This document shows positions 44,850 through 58,896 of a stretch of DNA of 64,000 nucleotides, piece by piece. The DNA is taken from NCBI GenBank assembly GCA_012295275.1, contig CM022677.1, positions 1,860,001 to 1,924,000 on the forward strand, in the 5' to 3' direction. The notes below the pieces were generated by a model. That model was not told the origin of the DNA, did no database searches, and saw only the letters and a program-made list of their open reading frames with translations. This DNA is from Chrysomallon squamiferum. Its lineage: Eukaryota > Animalia > Mollusca. Made by a program: the position numbers and the translations under genes. How positions within the stretch are numbered: position 1 is the stretch's first letter; every line of letters begins with the position of its first letter.

Positions 44850-46030
44850 TATTTTTATCTTGTCTCTTATGCTTTCACTTTTCTCTAGAAAGTTTGACCA
44901 GATATGTAATACAATTTTACAAAAGGAATTTGTGCGTTTCAACAATTTTGCTTCACTGTAGGCTGACCCTAAATCTAATAGAAGTGAAGCTTTTCATTAT
45001 AAACAGTTACTCGAAAGAGAGGCAATGTCTTGGTAAAATGTATGTCTTTAATCCACGATATCTTTAACGCATTAAAAAGTAACTTAACAATTATTGCTCT
45101 TAAACCACCATTTTGATAATAGTCAAATAATGGGGCAGCGGGTGTTTATTTTTTTCTAGCTATTTTATCAGGTTTTTTATTCCAAATAAACTGAAATTAT
45201 TAAAGAAATGGGTTTCTAATATTTTAAAGAAATAGTTTGTTGGATTTGGCATTGAAGAAAAAAGTAAACAATTTTCGATAAAACTAAACTTTTGATTGCA
45301 GTCATTTTTCTTAGAGGAGACTAAGAACATTTTGACCATTGTTCAAGCAGCCTTTTAACCTCATTCAACTTTGCATTAAAGTTTAATTCTTGTATTTGAT
45401 ATAGATCCGTGGAAAACCGTACCCGAAGTGTTGTGAATTCTGTTTTGATCAGATTGTTTTTATGATTAATTTGGTCTTTCCCTAAGTTTATTATATTTGT
45501 TTGATATGCATTAACTTTAAGACCAGATACATCGATCAAATATTTTGTTTCCACAGATGCTCACAGAGTTTTATCAGACCAACCTAACAGCAACTTGTGT
45601 CGTCGGCGAACTGTGAAAGTTTGAATTCATTGCCGTTGATCTCAATCCTGTATATACGTTTCTTATTTCTTACCAAGAATCTCAACACACAAAACGAAAA
45701 CAGTGAAATAACAGATCTCCTTGTGTATATCCTCTGTCACGTTTTAAGCGTTTAGTAATTAATATATAAACACGATTCCTGTTTATTAGAAAAGGTCGAT
45801 AGCCATGTTTGATTTGAAACTCCGAAGTTAATATAATTGTTGTTGTTTTTGTATTTTTTTTTTTCTACTTCCACGATATTGTATCAAAAGCTTACCAATC
45901 CAAAATCTAAAATTATTTAAGAATAAATTCGAAACGCTAAAGGGAAATAACTCCAGCTGTCTCTCTATGCAAGTGATACAGGAATTATCTCCCATTCTAT
46001 CAGTAAACACTTTTGTTGTCTGCTAAATGA
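44850..46030 (-). mobile_element. Degenerate L1/Tx1-like LINE reverse transcriptase fragment
   Basis: Minus strand reads RGYTQGDLL..CVEIL (RG.RQGDPLS-like), LSQFADDT (45596-45619) and SGLKVN..LEQW (ORF 45321-45554). Confidence 0.8.
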
Positions 46031-46187
46031 AGACTGAAACACGACGTGTTTGTTACTCGACATTTGCTGTGAGTGGTGATCATTAAATAACAGGAGTATT
46101 GTTATTATTATCGTTATTATGATTATCATTATTATTGTTATTATTATTATTGTTATTATTATTATTATTATTGATGTTATTATGATG

Positions 46188-46223
<36 letters not shown>

Positions 46224-46281
46224 GATGTTATTATTCTTCTTCTTCTTCTTATTATTATTATGATTATTATGATTATTATTA

Positions 46282-46313
<32 letters not shown>

Positions 46314-46569
46314 GATGTTATTATGATGATTATTATTATTAATTTACTAATAGGAATTACACTGTATATTAATAAATTGTTGAAACAGAATAAACTGTAT
46401 ATAATATACACCGATATGTTATATTGCTCTTGCACTTCATACTTATGAAAGGTTGATTTAGAAAAAACTAATAACAAACTCAGATGGAAGGCGGAGATCT
46501 GAATACTCAGAGCTCACGAATCTACTTTTATATGTAGCCTCGCAGCTGTATGCGTTGTTGTCTGTGTGT

Positions 46570-46812
46570 CTGTCTCTCTGTGTGTGTAATTTAGAACTGA
46601 GGAATTTAGGATCGAACGCATGGTACTCACTCACTCTGAAGGCGGATGATGTTACCGTTCAGCCATGAAGACAACCTTGAACAGGCTGCCCAATAACCGA
46701 GGTAATCACCGCTTCCCAAAAAGCTCGCCGTATTTTGACTTTCGTATTGTCTGTGTGCATCTGTTTTCCTGGAAACATAGCACTGGCAAGTGTGTATTTA
46801 GAGTTGAATATT
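46570..46812 (-). repeat. Diverged inverted copy of the tRNA-like element at 48441-48797
   Basis: aaccgaggtaatcaccgcttccc (46696-46718) matches gggaagcgatgattacctcggtt (48541-48563) inverted, and gaaggcggatgatgt matches acatcgtccgccttc inverted. Confidence 0.75.
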
Positions 46813-48440
46813 CCATTTCTGTTTGTGTCGTCTGCATAATAATTAAGCAGAGTTAGAGCCAGAAGGTCTTAAGTGCATATATTAATAAGATATTTTTACG
46901 TACTTTTTCTATGTGTACATATTCGAGTGTCTGAGTATGTCTGTCTGTCTGTCCCTCTCTCTGTCTTTCTCTCAGAATGTTATATTTATTTATTTATTTT
47001 ATATTTACTTTTTCAAAAGTAGTAAGTTATTTATGTATAACTTTGTATATATGTGTATAAAAGTTACATTTGATTGTTAATAAATGTTTCATTGTTAGGG
47101 ATAAGGTTAAGATCAGGGCTGGTATAAAATTTATCTTAATATCAGTTATCTTTCAAGATGATTTTATTTTTTTGCCAAATGTTACCAAACTTCTTAAGTC
47201 ATTCCGGTTGTAAAAAATAAATGTGGTTATTATTATTAAAACTTTAAAAGAAGTCTGTTATATTAACATTCATATTCATTGCAGTTTTTTTTCAGTTCGT
47301 TATGTACGTAAAGTATATAATTCACAAATACTATGACCAAAACGAAGACGTTTATAACTTATAAGAATACAAAAGTCTGGTTTTATTTATAAAAATGTAA
47401 ACCATGCCTTATACAGATCAGATATTGCTACACATGAAATATGATTACAACGAAGATAAAGAACTTAGATCATTTAATATGGAGCTGATAGCACTATTTC
47501 ATTTTTCTTCTTCTTCTTCTTCTTCTTCTTCTTATTGTTATTGTTGTTATTATTATTATTATTATTACTATTATTAATATTATTATTATTACTACTACTA
47601 CTACTGAATCTTTATTTATTATTATATTTTAATTCATTTATTTAATTTTATCATTCCAATACATATATCTTTTTATTATAATTTTTATTTATTTCTTTAT
47701 TTATTTATTTAGAAGAGGATTGATACCAGCTCATTACTGTATTTATTCTTTGATCTTATTCTGTTCAAACATGTGGTAGGTCAGATAAATTTTATTTAAG
47801 GGTACACCAACCCTAGCACGTGACAAATACAAAGCGTATTCAACAGCGCAGGCTGCAGGCAAGTTATTTAAACTTTCTTTCTTTTGTGTTTTCTTATTAA
47901 CTGTCTCTCGGTCTTTTCTCTCCATATTCACAGAAGTCTCACATTATTAATTTAAATCTTTATTTAAACTTTCTTTTGTGTTTTCTTATTAACTGTCTCT
48001 CTGTCTTTTCTCTCCAGATTCACAGAAGTCTCACCTTATTAATTTAAATCGTTTGATGTTGCTTTGGTTATTTTTATTTTTTTACTTTTTTTATTTATTT
48101 TTGTATTTATTTACTTACTTACTTACTTACTTATTTCTTTATTTATTGAATTTTTTTTTATATTTCTTTCTTTCTTTCTTTTTTTACATTATTTCTCTCT
48201 CTAATGTATCCATTTGTTTATAATTAGACTGAACGAGTATTAATGATACACAGCATATCTGCAATTATTATGAAATAAATTAGTCAATAATAATAATCCC
48301 TCAAAAAAAAAAAAACAATAGAAAAAAAAAAAACAGAAAAAAAAAATTAAATTTTTTACTTTCATTGATAATTGTTGATAGAATAGAAAACAAACATACA
48401 TAAATACATACATAATACACACACACACATACATACACAT

Positions 48441-48797
48441 AATATTCAAAATCCTAAACTACATACTTGCGAATGCCCAGTTACCCACAAAAAATAGATT
48501 CACGCAGAAATGACGAAAGACAAAGAACGGCGTGCTTCGTGGGAAGCGATGATTACCTCGGTTACTGAGCAACTTGTTTTCAGTTTTCTCGGTGGCCGAA
48601 CAGTTACATCGTCCGCCTTCGGAGCGCGGGTGAATGGGTGTCATACGTTCGAGTCTCGTCAGCGGCATCTGACGGGTTTGTGAGGTCGTGATTGGTCTTT
48701 GTCCTCATGCGCCAGTGCGTTCCCGAATATTGTCTGTGTGCAGAGTCTAATCTGACGTACACAAGACAGAGAATATTCAAAATGCTAAACTACATAC
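48441..48797 (+). mobile_element. tRNA-derived (SINE-like) element with Pol III A/B boxes, bounded by 26-bp direct repeats
   Basis: A-box-like GTGGCCGAACAG (48592) and B-box GTTCGAGTC (48647). The sequence aatattcaaaat(c/g)ctaaactacatac is at 48441 and 48772. Confidence 0.6.
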
Positions 48798-49902
48798 ACA
48801 GTTGAATCTAACAGACCGTAAATACATTTTTAGAGCTGTCACAGAAGAAACCCACAGGACATAATAAAAGTGGTGACGCAGATCTCGTTGCTGATTTCGA
48901 AAGCTTCTCATAAAAGTTGAAGCTTCAGGGCGCCAAAGATTTAGTTCTGCCGATCAGTGATAAAAAGATTATTTTCGAATAAATGAAGGGAGAGAACTCT
49001 ACCGGTACTGTCAAAGAGTTATCTGGTTTAGTTTCGACACTGCAGACGATCGTCGACTGGCGACCTTTCGAATTTACGTCTGCCCGGGTTAAAAAGCTAC
49101 GTTAACATTTCCACTGCGCAAAACGTTTTACGTCCTTTTAAATAAAAATTAAAATTAAAAAAAGAAGAAGTAAAAGAAAAACTGAGACTGAACATCTCTA
49201 CCAGCTACACAAGTCTTTGAACTAACTGGTCAATTTCCGTGCATCAGTGATCAAATAATAATTTAGCAGTAAGAAAGTAAACAGTAATAATAGTAATTTG
49301 CACTGACATCAAGTTTATTTTTAACTATCATACATACAGAATATTTAAACAAAAGATTAAATACTTCTGACAGCTCTGTTTATACTTCATGTTAATAATC
49401 CGATAGCTGTGACAGTTATTCCACCATGAAAGGTTTAAGCACGTATTTCTTTGTAAGAATTTGTAGTCCTGTTCAAGATGTATACAGAGAAATGAGGTGT
49501 GTGTACATTCGACATTTATTTCCAGCAGCCTGAATTCAAAACATAATGATCAGACAAGCTTCCACAGTCTTAAAATACCTGTATTTTCTTATTATTTATT
49601 TATTTTTTTATTTGTTATTATTATTATTATTACTACTACTACTACTACTACTACTACTCTTATACATATATACATACATATACACACATATAATATATAT
49701 ATATTTTTTTATTATTTGTATTTATTTATATCTTTGTTTTTATTATTATTATTACTACTACTACTACTACTACTACTACTCTTATACCTACATACATATA
49801 CACACATATATATATATATTTTTGTATTTGTATTTATTTATATCTTTGTTTTTATTATTATTATCTTTTATTATTTCATTATTATTATTATTATTATTAT
49901 TA

Positions 49903-49942
<40 letters not shown>

Positions 49943-49984
49943 CATTATTATTATTATTAGTCAGTGTTACTACTACAGCTAAAT

Positions 49985-50292
49985 CATAGGTTTTCAACCT
50001 GGGGGTCGCGAACCCCAGAGGGGTCGCCAGACTTTTTTCTGGGGGTCGCGAGATCGTTCTTGAGCAAGGGTATGGTTTAGCTTTTATCAACTTGACTTGG
50101 AAGGAGGAATAAATAAAAACGTGTAGATAGGTTTGGGACCCGTCTCAGTGAATATAGATTCCTTTTGAACTGTCTTTGGTTGATGAAAATATGGTAACCC
50201 TAGGTATTATTGATAAATGTTTTTAAAGGGGTCATCTGTCATATTGAATTGCTCATAAGGCGTCGCGGTATGAAAAAGTCAGAAAACCAGTG
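49985..50292. mobile_element. hAT-family MITE (308 bp) with 8-bp TSD
   Basis: TIRs cataggttttc..gaaaaccagtg. A perfect 8-bp direct repeat AGCTAAAT lies at 49977-49984 and 50293-50300. GGGGGTCGCG subterminal motifs are present. Confidence 0.93.
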
Positions 50293-50760
50293 AGCTAAAT
50301 GGTAAGTACTATAGTTTACTTTTATTTATTTATTTCTTTTTTTCTTTTTTTCATTATTACACACAGAGACACACACCTGAATGTAGGTCTCTTAAATCTT
50401 ATTTCTAAATCCTGTTACTCAAAGTGAATCTTTGCAATAGCGAATACATTAAAAAATATGTATAGACTATGTGTGCACTTCAAAATAAACTGTTGCTATC
50501 GGCTACGAACTTAGCTTTTGCTTCGTGACCGATTTTTGTTTGTTTGTTTGTTTCTTTTTTTTTAATGTAAATTCATACCACGATATGTTCTTGAACCAAC
50601 GTTTATTTACAAAAACTGAGTTATTATTTTACCTGTGAGTAACAAAAGGAATGACGCACCCTATTCGAGTAATAAACAAACAAACAAAAGTAGATTATAA
50701 AGAGCTTTACGGCAGTCGTTTGTCGCAGAATTGATTGAGGACAAACTCGTGTAAAATGTC

Positions 50761-50960
50761 GACAACAAGACTGACGTGTCAGCAGCGTGACGTCACTACG
50801 AACTCGCACAACCAGCTTGCAGCACCCAGACAACAAGACTGACGTGTCAGCAGCGTGACGTCACTACGAACTCGCACAACCAGCTTGCAGCACCCAGACA
50901 ACAAGACTGACGTGTCAGCAGCGTGACGTCACTACGAACTCGCACAAGCAGCCTGCAGTA
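50761..50960. repeat. 68-bp tandem repeat x3, each unit containing the palindrome GTGACGTCAC
   Basis: Units start at 50761, 50829 and 50897. Confidence 0.95.
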
Positions 50961-53057
50961 CACAGAACACTAAACGATCGTTGAACCAGCTGGGTGTCGT
51001 GCCAGAACAAGATGGTTTTTCACGAATTTTGAACAAACATTATTCCAATAAGGAAAACAAAAATAACTTTAAATAAATAAATAACAACAACAAGAGTAAG
51101 AACTGAAAATAATACTACAAAAGTAGTTATTTATGTATTTACATTCTGTTATTACTAATTACAAGCTTAACCGTTTCAAAACTGTAACATGCGGACGACT
51201 GCTGGATCAAAGCTTGTCAGTGGTTCATCAGGTAATTTTCACATAACTGATGTTTGAAATCTTTTCAGTTTTTGTGAATTTAATAGAACTTGTTGCTAAC
51301 ACTTGGAATACAGGCAATGTGGGAATTTTACCTATATTATTATTAATGACAATCTGTGTGTGTGCGTGTGTGTGCGTGTGTGTGTGCATGTTTTATATAT
51401 ATGTAAACGTGACAAAATACTGACATAATATTCCTTTATATGTGATTTTTATATTGTTGTTGTTGTTGTTTTTCTTTCTCTTTTTCTATCGCTAGATAAA
51501 AACCGAGTACTAGTTCAAAAGGGTAACATGCAATCTGTTAATATTCTGTGTGAATATTTTATTACGCTATTATTATTATGGTATGAGTGTTGGATGTACA
51601 AAATAGATAAAAATGGTTGTTTTATTATTTTTCTTTAAGATGTTGTAAGAATTTTTTGATACATAAAGATAATATTAGAAGAAATAATTTTTTTCACATA
51701 AACGTAACCTGAACCAATACTAATATTTTACTTAAACTGATTTTGCTTTGTTTCTTAATTTTGTAGAAAAATATTTTTAATAAATTGAAATATATAATAT
51801 ATATATTTAGTTGTTTTTTTGTTGTTTTTTAAAGTTAAAGAAATAAATTCCATTTCCAAAATGTGACAGTAAAGAATTAGTCCAAATACAAAACACACAA
51901 AGTTCTGTTAGTGAAATAATTAACTCAGACATTATGGAGAAACCATCATGGACAGGAAGGAGTCAATAATTCATTTTTATTTCTGTAGCTGTGGTAATCA
52001 TACATTTAAATCAGCATTTTTATTTTAGCCAACTTTACATGTGTCTTATTCTGTAGCTCAGATTTTTTTAAACACCAGTGAACTGAATATTTCACTTAGG
52101 AAATAATTTCAAGTGAATGTATAAAATCATTGTTAAGGAAAACTATAGTCGAAATTCCAGACGGTGAAATTTGTGAAACTCATTCTTAATTTATCCAGCG
52201 ATAACAAAACACTAATTATTATCCAACATGGAAAGTACATCAATACAGCAGAATACACAGTTATCTGGAAATTTATGTTTTTAAACTTGGCAGTCATAGA
52301 CTACACATTCAGCCTACCATTCAAACAAAATATATTGTTTAAAAACCAACATACTAAAGTTTGATGAATTCCAAAATGGCACCAAAACATCTCACTGATC
52401 TGATCTATGTTGTATAATACAGATTATTTGTAAAACTTAATAACTTGTTTAATTCCAGGAAAATACAGTCAGTTGTGTGGTACACGGCTCGGGGAGGTGA
52501 ATGGCCCAGCTTAACATTCACCTACTGAACTGTAGGGAAATAGGGTACTGTTAAAGATTCACTCGAGTCTGCCACAGGAATCCGCTCCACCTTCTGGGAC
52601 AAAGGGAAGTTGTTCAGCCCACAGTCAAATTAACTGAGTATGCAGGTTAAGGTGATGTAGATATATTTGATTTTTGGGGCCAAAGATGACTTGTGAATTT
52701 TGCCGAGGGGGCTGGTTTATTTAGGGCAGCTAGAGATTGGTACCCTCGACTCTCGGCCACTCTCTGATTTAAAGGTCAGGAGGAGTAAAAGCAGCCAACC
52801 ATGTATGTCAGGTTGCACTGATGAGCCGTGTTCTCTGTCACGAGGTTATTCAGTGTGTCTCCAGCTGGTCCTTGCTTATTAGTTAGTTTTAGTCATCTGC
52901 GGCCAAGTTTTATCCTAAAAGATAAAGGGGTTGGGGGTACTCATGTAGAGGTAAATATAGATGTAAATAGTTCTATATCATAGAAGGTTTGTATATAGTT
53001 AACTGTGTAAATGGAAAAATGTTTACAATGAAGACTAAATAAACACACACATACACA

Positions 53058-53140
<83 letters not shown>

Positions 53141-53302
53141 CTCTCACACACACACACTCACACACACATACACACACACACACACTCACACACACACAGA
53201 GACTCATACACACACACTCACACACACACACACACACATACACACTCTCTCTCTCACACACACACACACTCACACACACATACACACACACACACACACA
53301 CA

Positions 53303-53349
<47 letters not shown>

Positions 53350-54216
53350 ATCATTGGTGGTGGTTTTTGTCTGGGCTTTAGTGACGTATTACCGGTACAT
53401 TTAATGGCTGTATTGAACATCAGTAAGTAACTATGCAGAATGTATAAATATTTACCTCAAAATTGTTTCACAGATTTAACAGTGATGACACCTCTTTTTC
53501 TACACACACAAAACAAACACACATCTTTAACAAATCTCAAATAGAGTAACAAAGTATTTTTACATATCACCCCTGATATACACTTAGTGATTGTATTTTA
53601 GACTTTTGGCAGACAAATCACAACTTCCATTGACAATTTCTATGAATAAAGTACGAGGTTTTTTAAACAAAAGAGTAAAAATTTACCTACTCTAATCCTT
53701 GTATCTCTGAGTAATAAGTAACTTGTCACGACTTGCTGTCTGTGATTAATCTTGGGAGCAAAGGTCACAATGGTTGTACCCTAGCATCGTCCATGACCCT
53801 TGAAGTAGAAAACAAAGAAACAAAACTGAAAATAACATACAGACAAACTAAGACAAGTGAGACAAGTATTCATTTGAAACTGTTTGCTCAAAACACTATC
53901 TACTGTATGTATTTCTCTGAATGCCAGTGTGTGTGTCTGTGTGTGTGTTTGTATGTGTGTGTATCTGTGTGTGCGCGTGTGTGTGTGTGCGTGTGTGTGT
54001 GCGTGTGTGTGTGCGTGTGCGTGCGTGTGTGCATGTGTGTGTGTGCGTGCGTGTGTGCGTGTGTGTGTGTGCGTGCGTGTGTGTGTGTGTGTTTCTAAAT
54101 TTTAATGACATTCGGACAGCCTTTTTCATTTTTTTAAAACAAGTGCATTCATAAACAAAGCCGAACTAGTTAATGTCGTTCTATGGGGGGGGGGGGAAGC
54201 AAGCTACTGAACTACA

Positions 54217-54557
54217 TTTACCTTTAATAACAAACCCGTCACATCAATGATTTACCTTTAACAACAAACCCGCCACATCAATGATTTACCTTTAATAACA
54301 AACCCGCCACATCAATGATTTACCTTTAATAACAAACCCGCCACATCAATGATTTACCTTTAATAACAAACCCGCCACATCAATGATTTACCTTTAATAA
54401 CAAACCCGCCACATCAATGATTTACCTTTAACAACAAACCCGCCACATCAATGATTTACCTTTAATAACAAACCCGCCACATCAATGATTTACCTTTAAT
54501 AACAAACCCGCCACATCAATGATTTACCTTTAACAACAAACCCGCCACATCAATGAT
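54217..54557. repeat. 34-bp minisatellite x10 (TTTACCTTTAATAACAAACCCGCCACATCAATGA)
   Basis: Near-perfect units every 34 bp. Confidence 0.97.
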
Positions 54558-54973
54558 TAAAACTGATGGGTATAATTAACAACTGACAGAAATGAGGTTG
54601 CAATTACCTAAGTGTGGACAATGTCAGAAATGGTGTCAGTGGTTCAAAAATGTTCACAAACAAATATTCAGTGACTGTGCTGGAAATTAAATAGAGAATT
54701 ATATGAGTTTTTTTTGTCCTAATGTTTATAATAATGAAAGTTGATTAATGACAGCGTGTGACGTATTTTAATGTAATTGATTAAGCTTTAAGTTGAATTC
54801 ATTTAACAGACTGTGTGTGTTCTGTTACAAATTTCACTTCTAATACTGTTTTTAAATAAGTATAAAATGAAACTTTAAAACTTGTTCCTGTCTGGAAATG
54901 AAGTTGTGATTAATTAATACTGAATCTCAGCTGTATTTCGTCATATAAGATTTTAGGTCGAATTGTCGCCATT

Positions 54974-55034
<61 letters not shown>

Positions 55035-56371
55035 CATTTGAGATAAAATTTTGTTATTTAACACTAGCAAACAACCTATATCCCAGTTTCTGTTTTATAT
55101 AATAAATTTTTTAATAAAATATTTATTAACATAAATTCTATTTTTAACCAAACCTTTTACACAACCCTAATCCTAACTCTACCGTAACTATAATTAACAT
55201 GCACCACAGGAACGATAACTCGTAACGGCACAAATTACGTCACGGAAAGAAGCCTCCAGACATTTCGTCGATTTAATGGATACAAACGTCACCTAAATGT
55301 TCTTTCCCTGCGTGCTGTGCGTATTTTTTGTTTTTGTTCCTTGTATTTATATTTTGTAAATCATGTTTTGTAAACTGTACCATTGCCAATAAAAATAATT
55401 AAAAAAGTAATAATAAAAAAGTTCTTTTCTGCTGTGTTCTGACAGCTACACAAGTTAATACATTAGTCTTTTAATGAATTATAATTTCAGTTTATTATGC
55501 TCGCATTTGAACAAAAATGATCCTGTTTGAAAAGTTTGATTAAGATGAAAGAGTACATGGAAAGGCGCGCGACACCATCCTTATCTCTATCAGTGTAAAT
55601 CATAAAAAGTTCAGAAAACAGACGAAAAATAGTTGAATTTGGAAGTTTAAGAATTAGATAAAACTAAGCAAGTTTCCCATAAGCTACATTATAAACTTCA
55701 AACTACACAATGTTGAACAAAATGTAGGTGGGATTTCAATATAAAAAATAAAGATTACAAACACAACAACTGGATCATAAAGTAATATTTTCCTTTGTCG
55801 TCATTAAATTGTATAATTTTTTTTTAAAAATTACAGAAAAATAAACCATCATTCTATATACAACAAAATCAGTTTGACGATTCTACATTTATTCATAAAC
55901 TTGATTTTTAAATCATACATTTATCCAGATTTGATTCCTGAATCATACATACAACCTCAGCCTTGACATCTTAATCATAAAAGTCCACAGTCATACAAAT
56001 TAAATATTCCATATAACGTTTTGCAAACACAAACCAAATGATTTTAGAATCATAAACAGACATTTACAAAATTCATTTACAGTCTTTTCTTGACACTGTA
56101 TCTCAATTAAAAAAATATTATGGTTACACCTAGACTAATACTCAAAAATGACAACAGAGCTAAAATCAAAACCACCAAAAAAATATTACAGCTTTACACA
56201 AACACCTTAAAAAATATCTACTTAAAAGAGATATCAAAAATCAAAAGCATAATACAATTAGTAACAGACAAGTTATGTAACCAAGGATTTCATGTAAGAG
56301 AGAACACAGTTCCTGAGAATTCACTTCATTTGTTAAAGTGTGTTTTAAACATTACTATTTCTGTCATTTCA

Positions 56372-57546
56372 AATCTTTAATTTTTAAACCGAGTAATTCG
56401 ACGCTCGATACATGGATCGATAGATCATAACATTACATCATTTCCAGGGCAAACGGGGAAAACCCTGTACAAAAATAACTGTCCAATCAAAATATTTGAT
56501 TTGATCGGTGACATTCGGACTTTTCAAATACGTATAAATATAATAATATGTTATTCTGCTAACCATCAGCGATTTACTAAACCACTAATACTGAAGCGTA
56601 TTAATTCAAAACTCTCCTTTTCTTAGCAATACCACAAATAATAATACTAAATCAAATAGCACCTGTATACATTCTTGCCTGCATCTATTTTTAGATGACG
56701 CTGCAATCGGTAGCTCCGCCCACTTGGCTGAATTCTTGTAACAACTCGCCACTTTTAGACAACATCTGATAGATAAACAGCTCAAGTTTAAATGTTAGTC
56801 ATTGAAGTTTCATAACAGAATAGTTACAAACAAAACAGTGTTGTTACAGCAAATACACAAGTGATTAAAACCCGAGAAAACACCGGTATGTTTTATCGGT
56901 TTCGGTAAAGGATTTCCCAAACATGCACAAGATGGAGAAAAATGTCAGCGCTGAGAACAGAACTGTGGATGTAAGTACTTCAGTACTGACAGTGGTACGA
57001 AGAATGTTTATATCACATCAAGTGTGGAGCTCAGGTAGATCTACGTGTTTTCTCTATAATAAAAGTAAGGGGTGTGTCGGGGATTACGTTTTGACATGTC
57101 TGGAGTCTGGACAGTACCAACAGCCGTATTTAATCCTTCTCAGTTTTGAACAAACATACAGGAGCCATTCCATAGAGTTTAATTATGTGTATTCAGTAAA
57201 ACAATAACAACAGCAATAATAACAACAACGTTTATAAGTTTACCTCTTTGTTATTATTTATGTTTGCTGTTTTTTTTGCTATCATTTTTATTTATTTAAT
57301 TAATTATTTTTTTAATCTATTTTTGTTTGTTTTTTGTTCTTATTTTATTTTTTATTTATTAATCATGAAGAGATTAAATAAACTGGTAAATAAAATTAAA
57401 CTAAGGAACAAACAGATTAGTTCACTTTCATTTTGTACATCACTGCTTTGCAAAATAAAAAATATTTTCGAAATGTTTCTTTTACTAAATCACAAATATT
57501 TTATTTCATTTCATAAAATAAGATAAAATAATAATGAATATATTAA

Positions 57547-57594
<48 letters not shown>

Positions 57595-58836
57595 TTTCTG
57601 TATTTTAAATAATTTACATGTTTAGTAATAGGACATTTATACCTAAAAATTGTGTTGACATATTAAAATCAAACTGCAGTTTCAAAATGTCTGATACTAA
57701 GACAATGTTTATTTTTTAAAAGGTCTGTTTGGAAGGTGGGTAGAAGCTTGTAAAAGTGATTCCTGAGAGCAAAGTCTACGTTTGAGGAACTACTCAAAGC
57801 TCTGTTGATCTGTACCAGAGCAAACCACAGTGTCCTGAGACTTTGAAATAGCCACATATGTCATGAGATAAAGTCTGAAACACACATCACAATTCAGGTT
57901 TGCTTCTGTCACGTAACTGAGTACTCTGATGCACATACAGAAGGAAAGTCTGTCTGCTCTCTGATAGAATTATACGTCAGTGAATCACGTGCTTGTCACG
58001 TGTCCTTGAGCTGACGTCAGCCTGTCCTGTCAACAAGTTCACTAACATTCTGTGCTGTCCATTATGTTGTTTACAGATTCCACGTTATTATTTTTACATC
58101 AGAGAGGCTTTGTCAGGCTTCCCTTTTGTGGCCTGCATCAACTTGATACTGAAGTATTTTGTCAGTTCTAGCAGTGAGCATCATAATCATGTAGCTGTTT
58201 GTCAAAGATGAAGAAGTCATTTGCATTTAGCAGCATTTCCCAAACATGTTGTCTCATTCTTTAGGTGTCCCCTGATGTTTTCTTCTAAGAGTCTTGTGTG
58301 TAAGAGTTGTCTTCAGTTGGAAAGCTTGAGATGAATGATTTAATTACAGCCTTTTCTTCATCTGATCTCGGATGTTTTGTTTTTATTTTGAAATATTTTT
58401 ACATTAATTACAAAATATGTCATGAAAATAAAAACTGTGTGAAGCTGTGTTCATCATAATTAGTAAGTATTGTATCATAGTTATTAATAAGATATATGAT
58501 AGATTTATTTTTATAGTGTCTCTGTTTTATTGACATGAATTTCTGTTGTGGACTCAGTCTTTTAAAGACTGATCATAGGTTCTTTAATGTTTAAGCCATT
58601 CTTCTAATTATTGGCTTTTTAATGTTTAAATATTTATTTTTCATTCTTTCAATATTTTGTTAAAATATTTAAAATCATTTTTGATAATTTATAATTTTAT
58701 TTTTTCAATTTCTTCTTGTTCTTATTATTTTAAAAGTTTAACTACACTTTTTTGTTATTTTATTCTTACTTATACTGTAAACAGAAAGTAGTACTATTAT
58801 ATCATGATTAATATTAGAATTATGCAAGTGCCTGTT

Positions 58837-58896
<60 letters not shown>

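Noticed and set aside
45965-46477. Poly-Ile ORFs and similar poly-Y/L/CV ORFs across the window
   Set aside because: These are microsatellite translations.
47860-48050. Small two-copy tandem duplications (also 3461-3532, 29066-29185, 33105-33300)
   Set aside because: Ordinary local slippage duplications with no further structure.
48583-48667. Functional tRNA gene
   Set aside because: A/B boxes are present, but I could not fold a complete acceptor stem or cloverleaf, and there is no adjacent oligo-T terminator.
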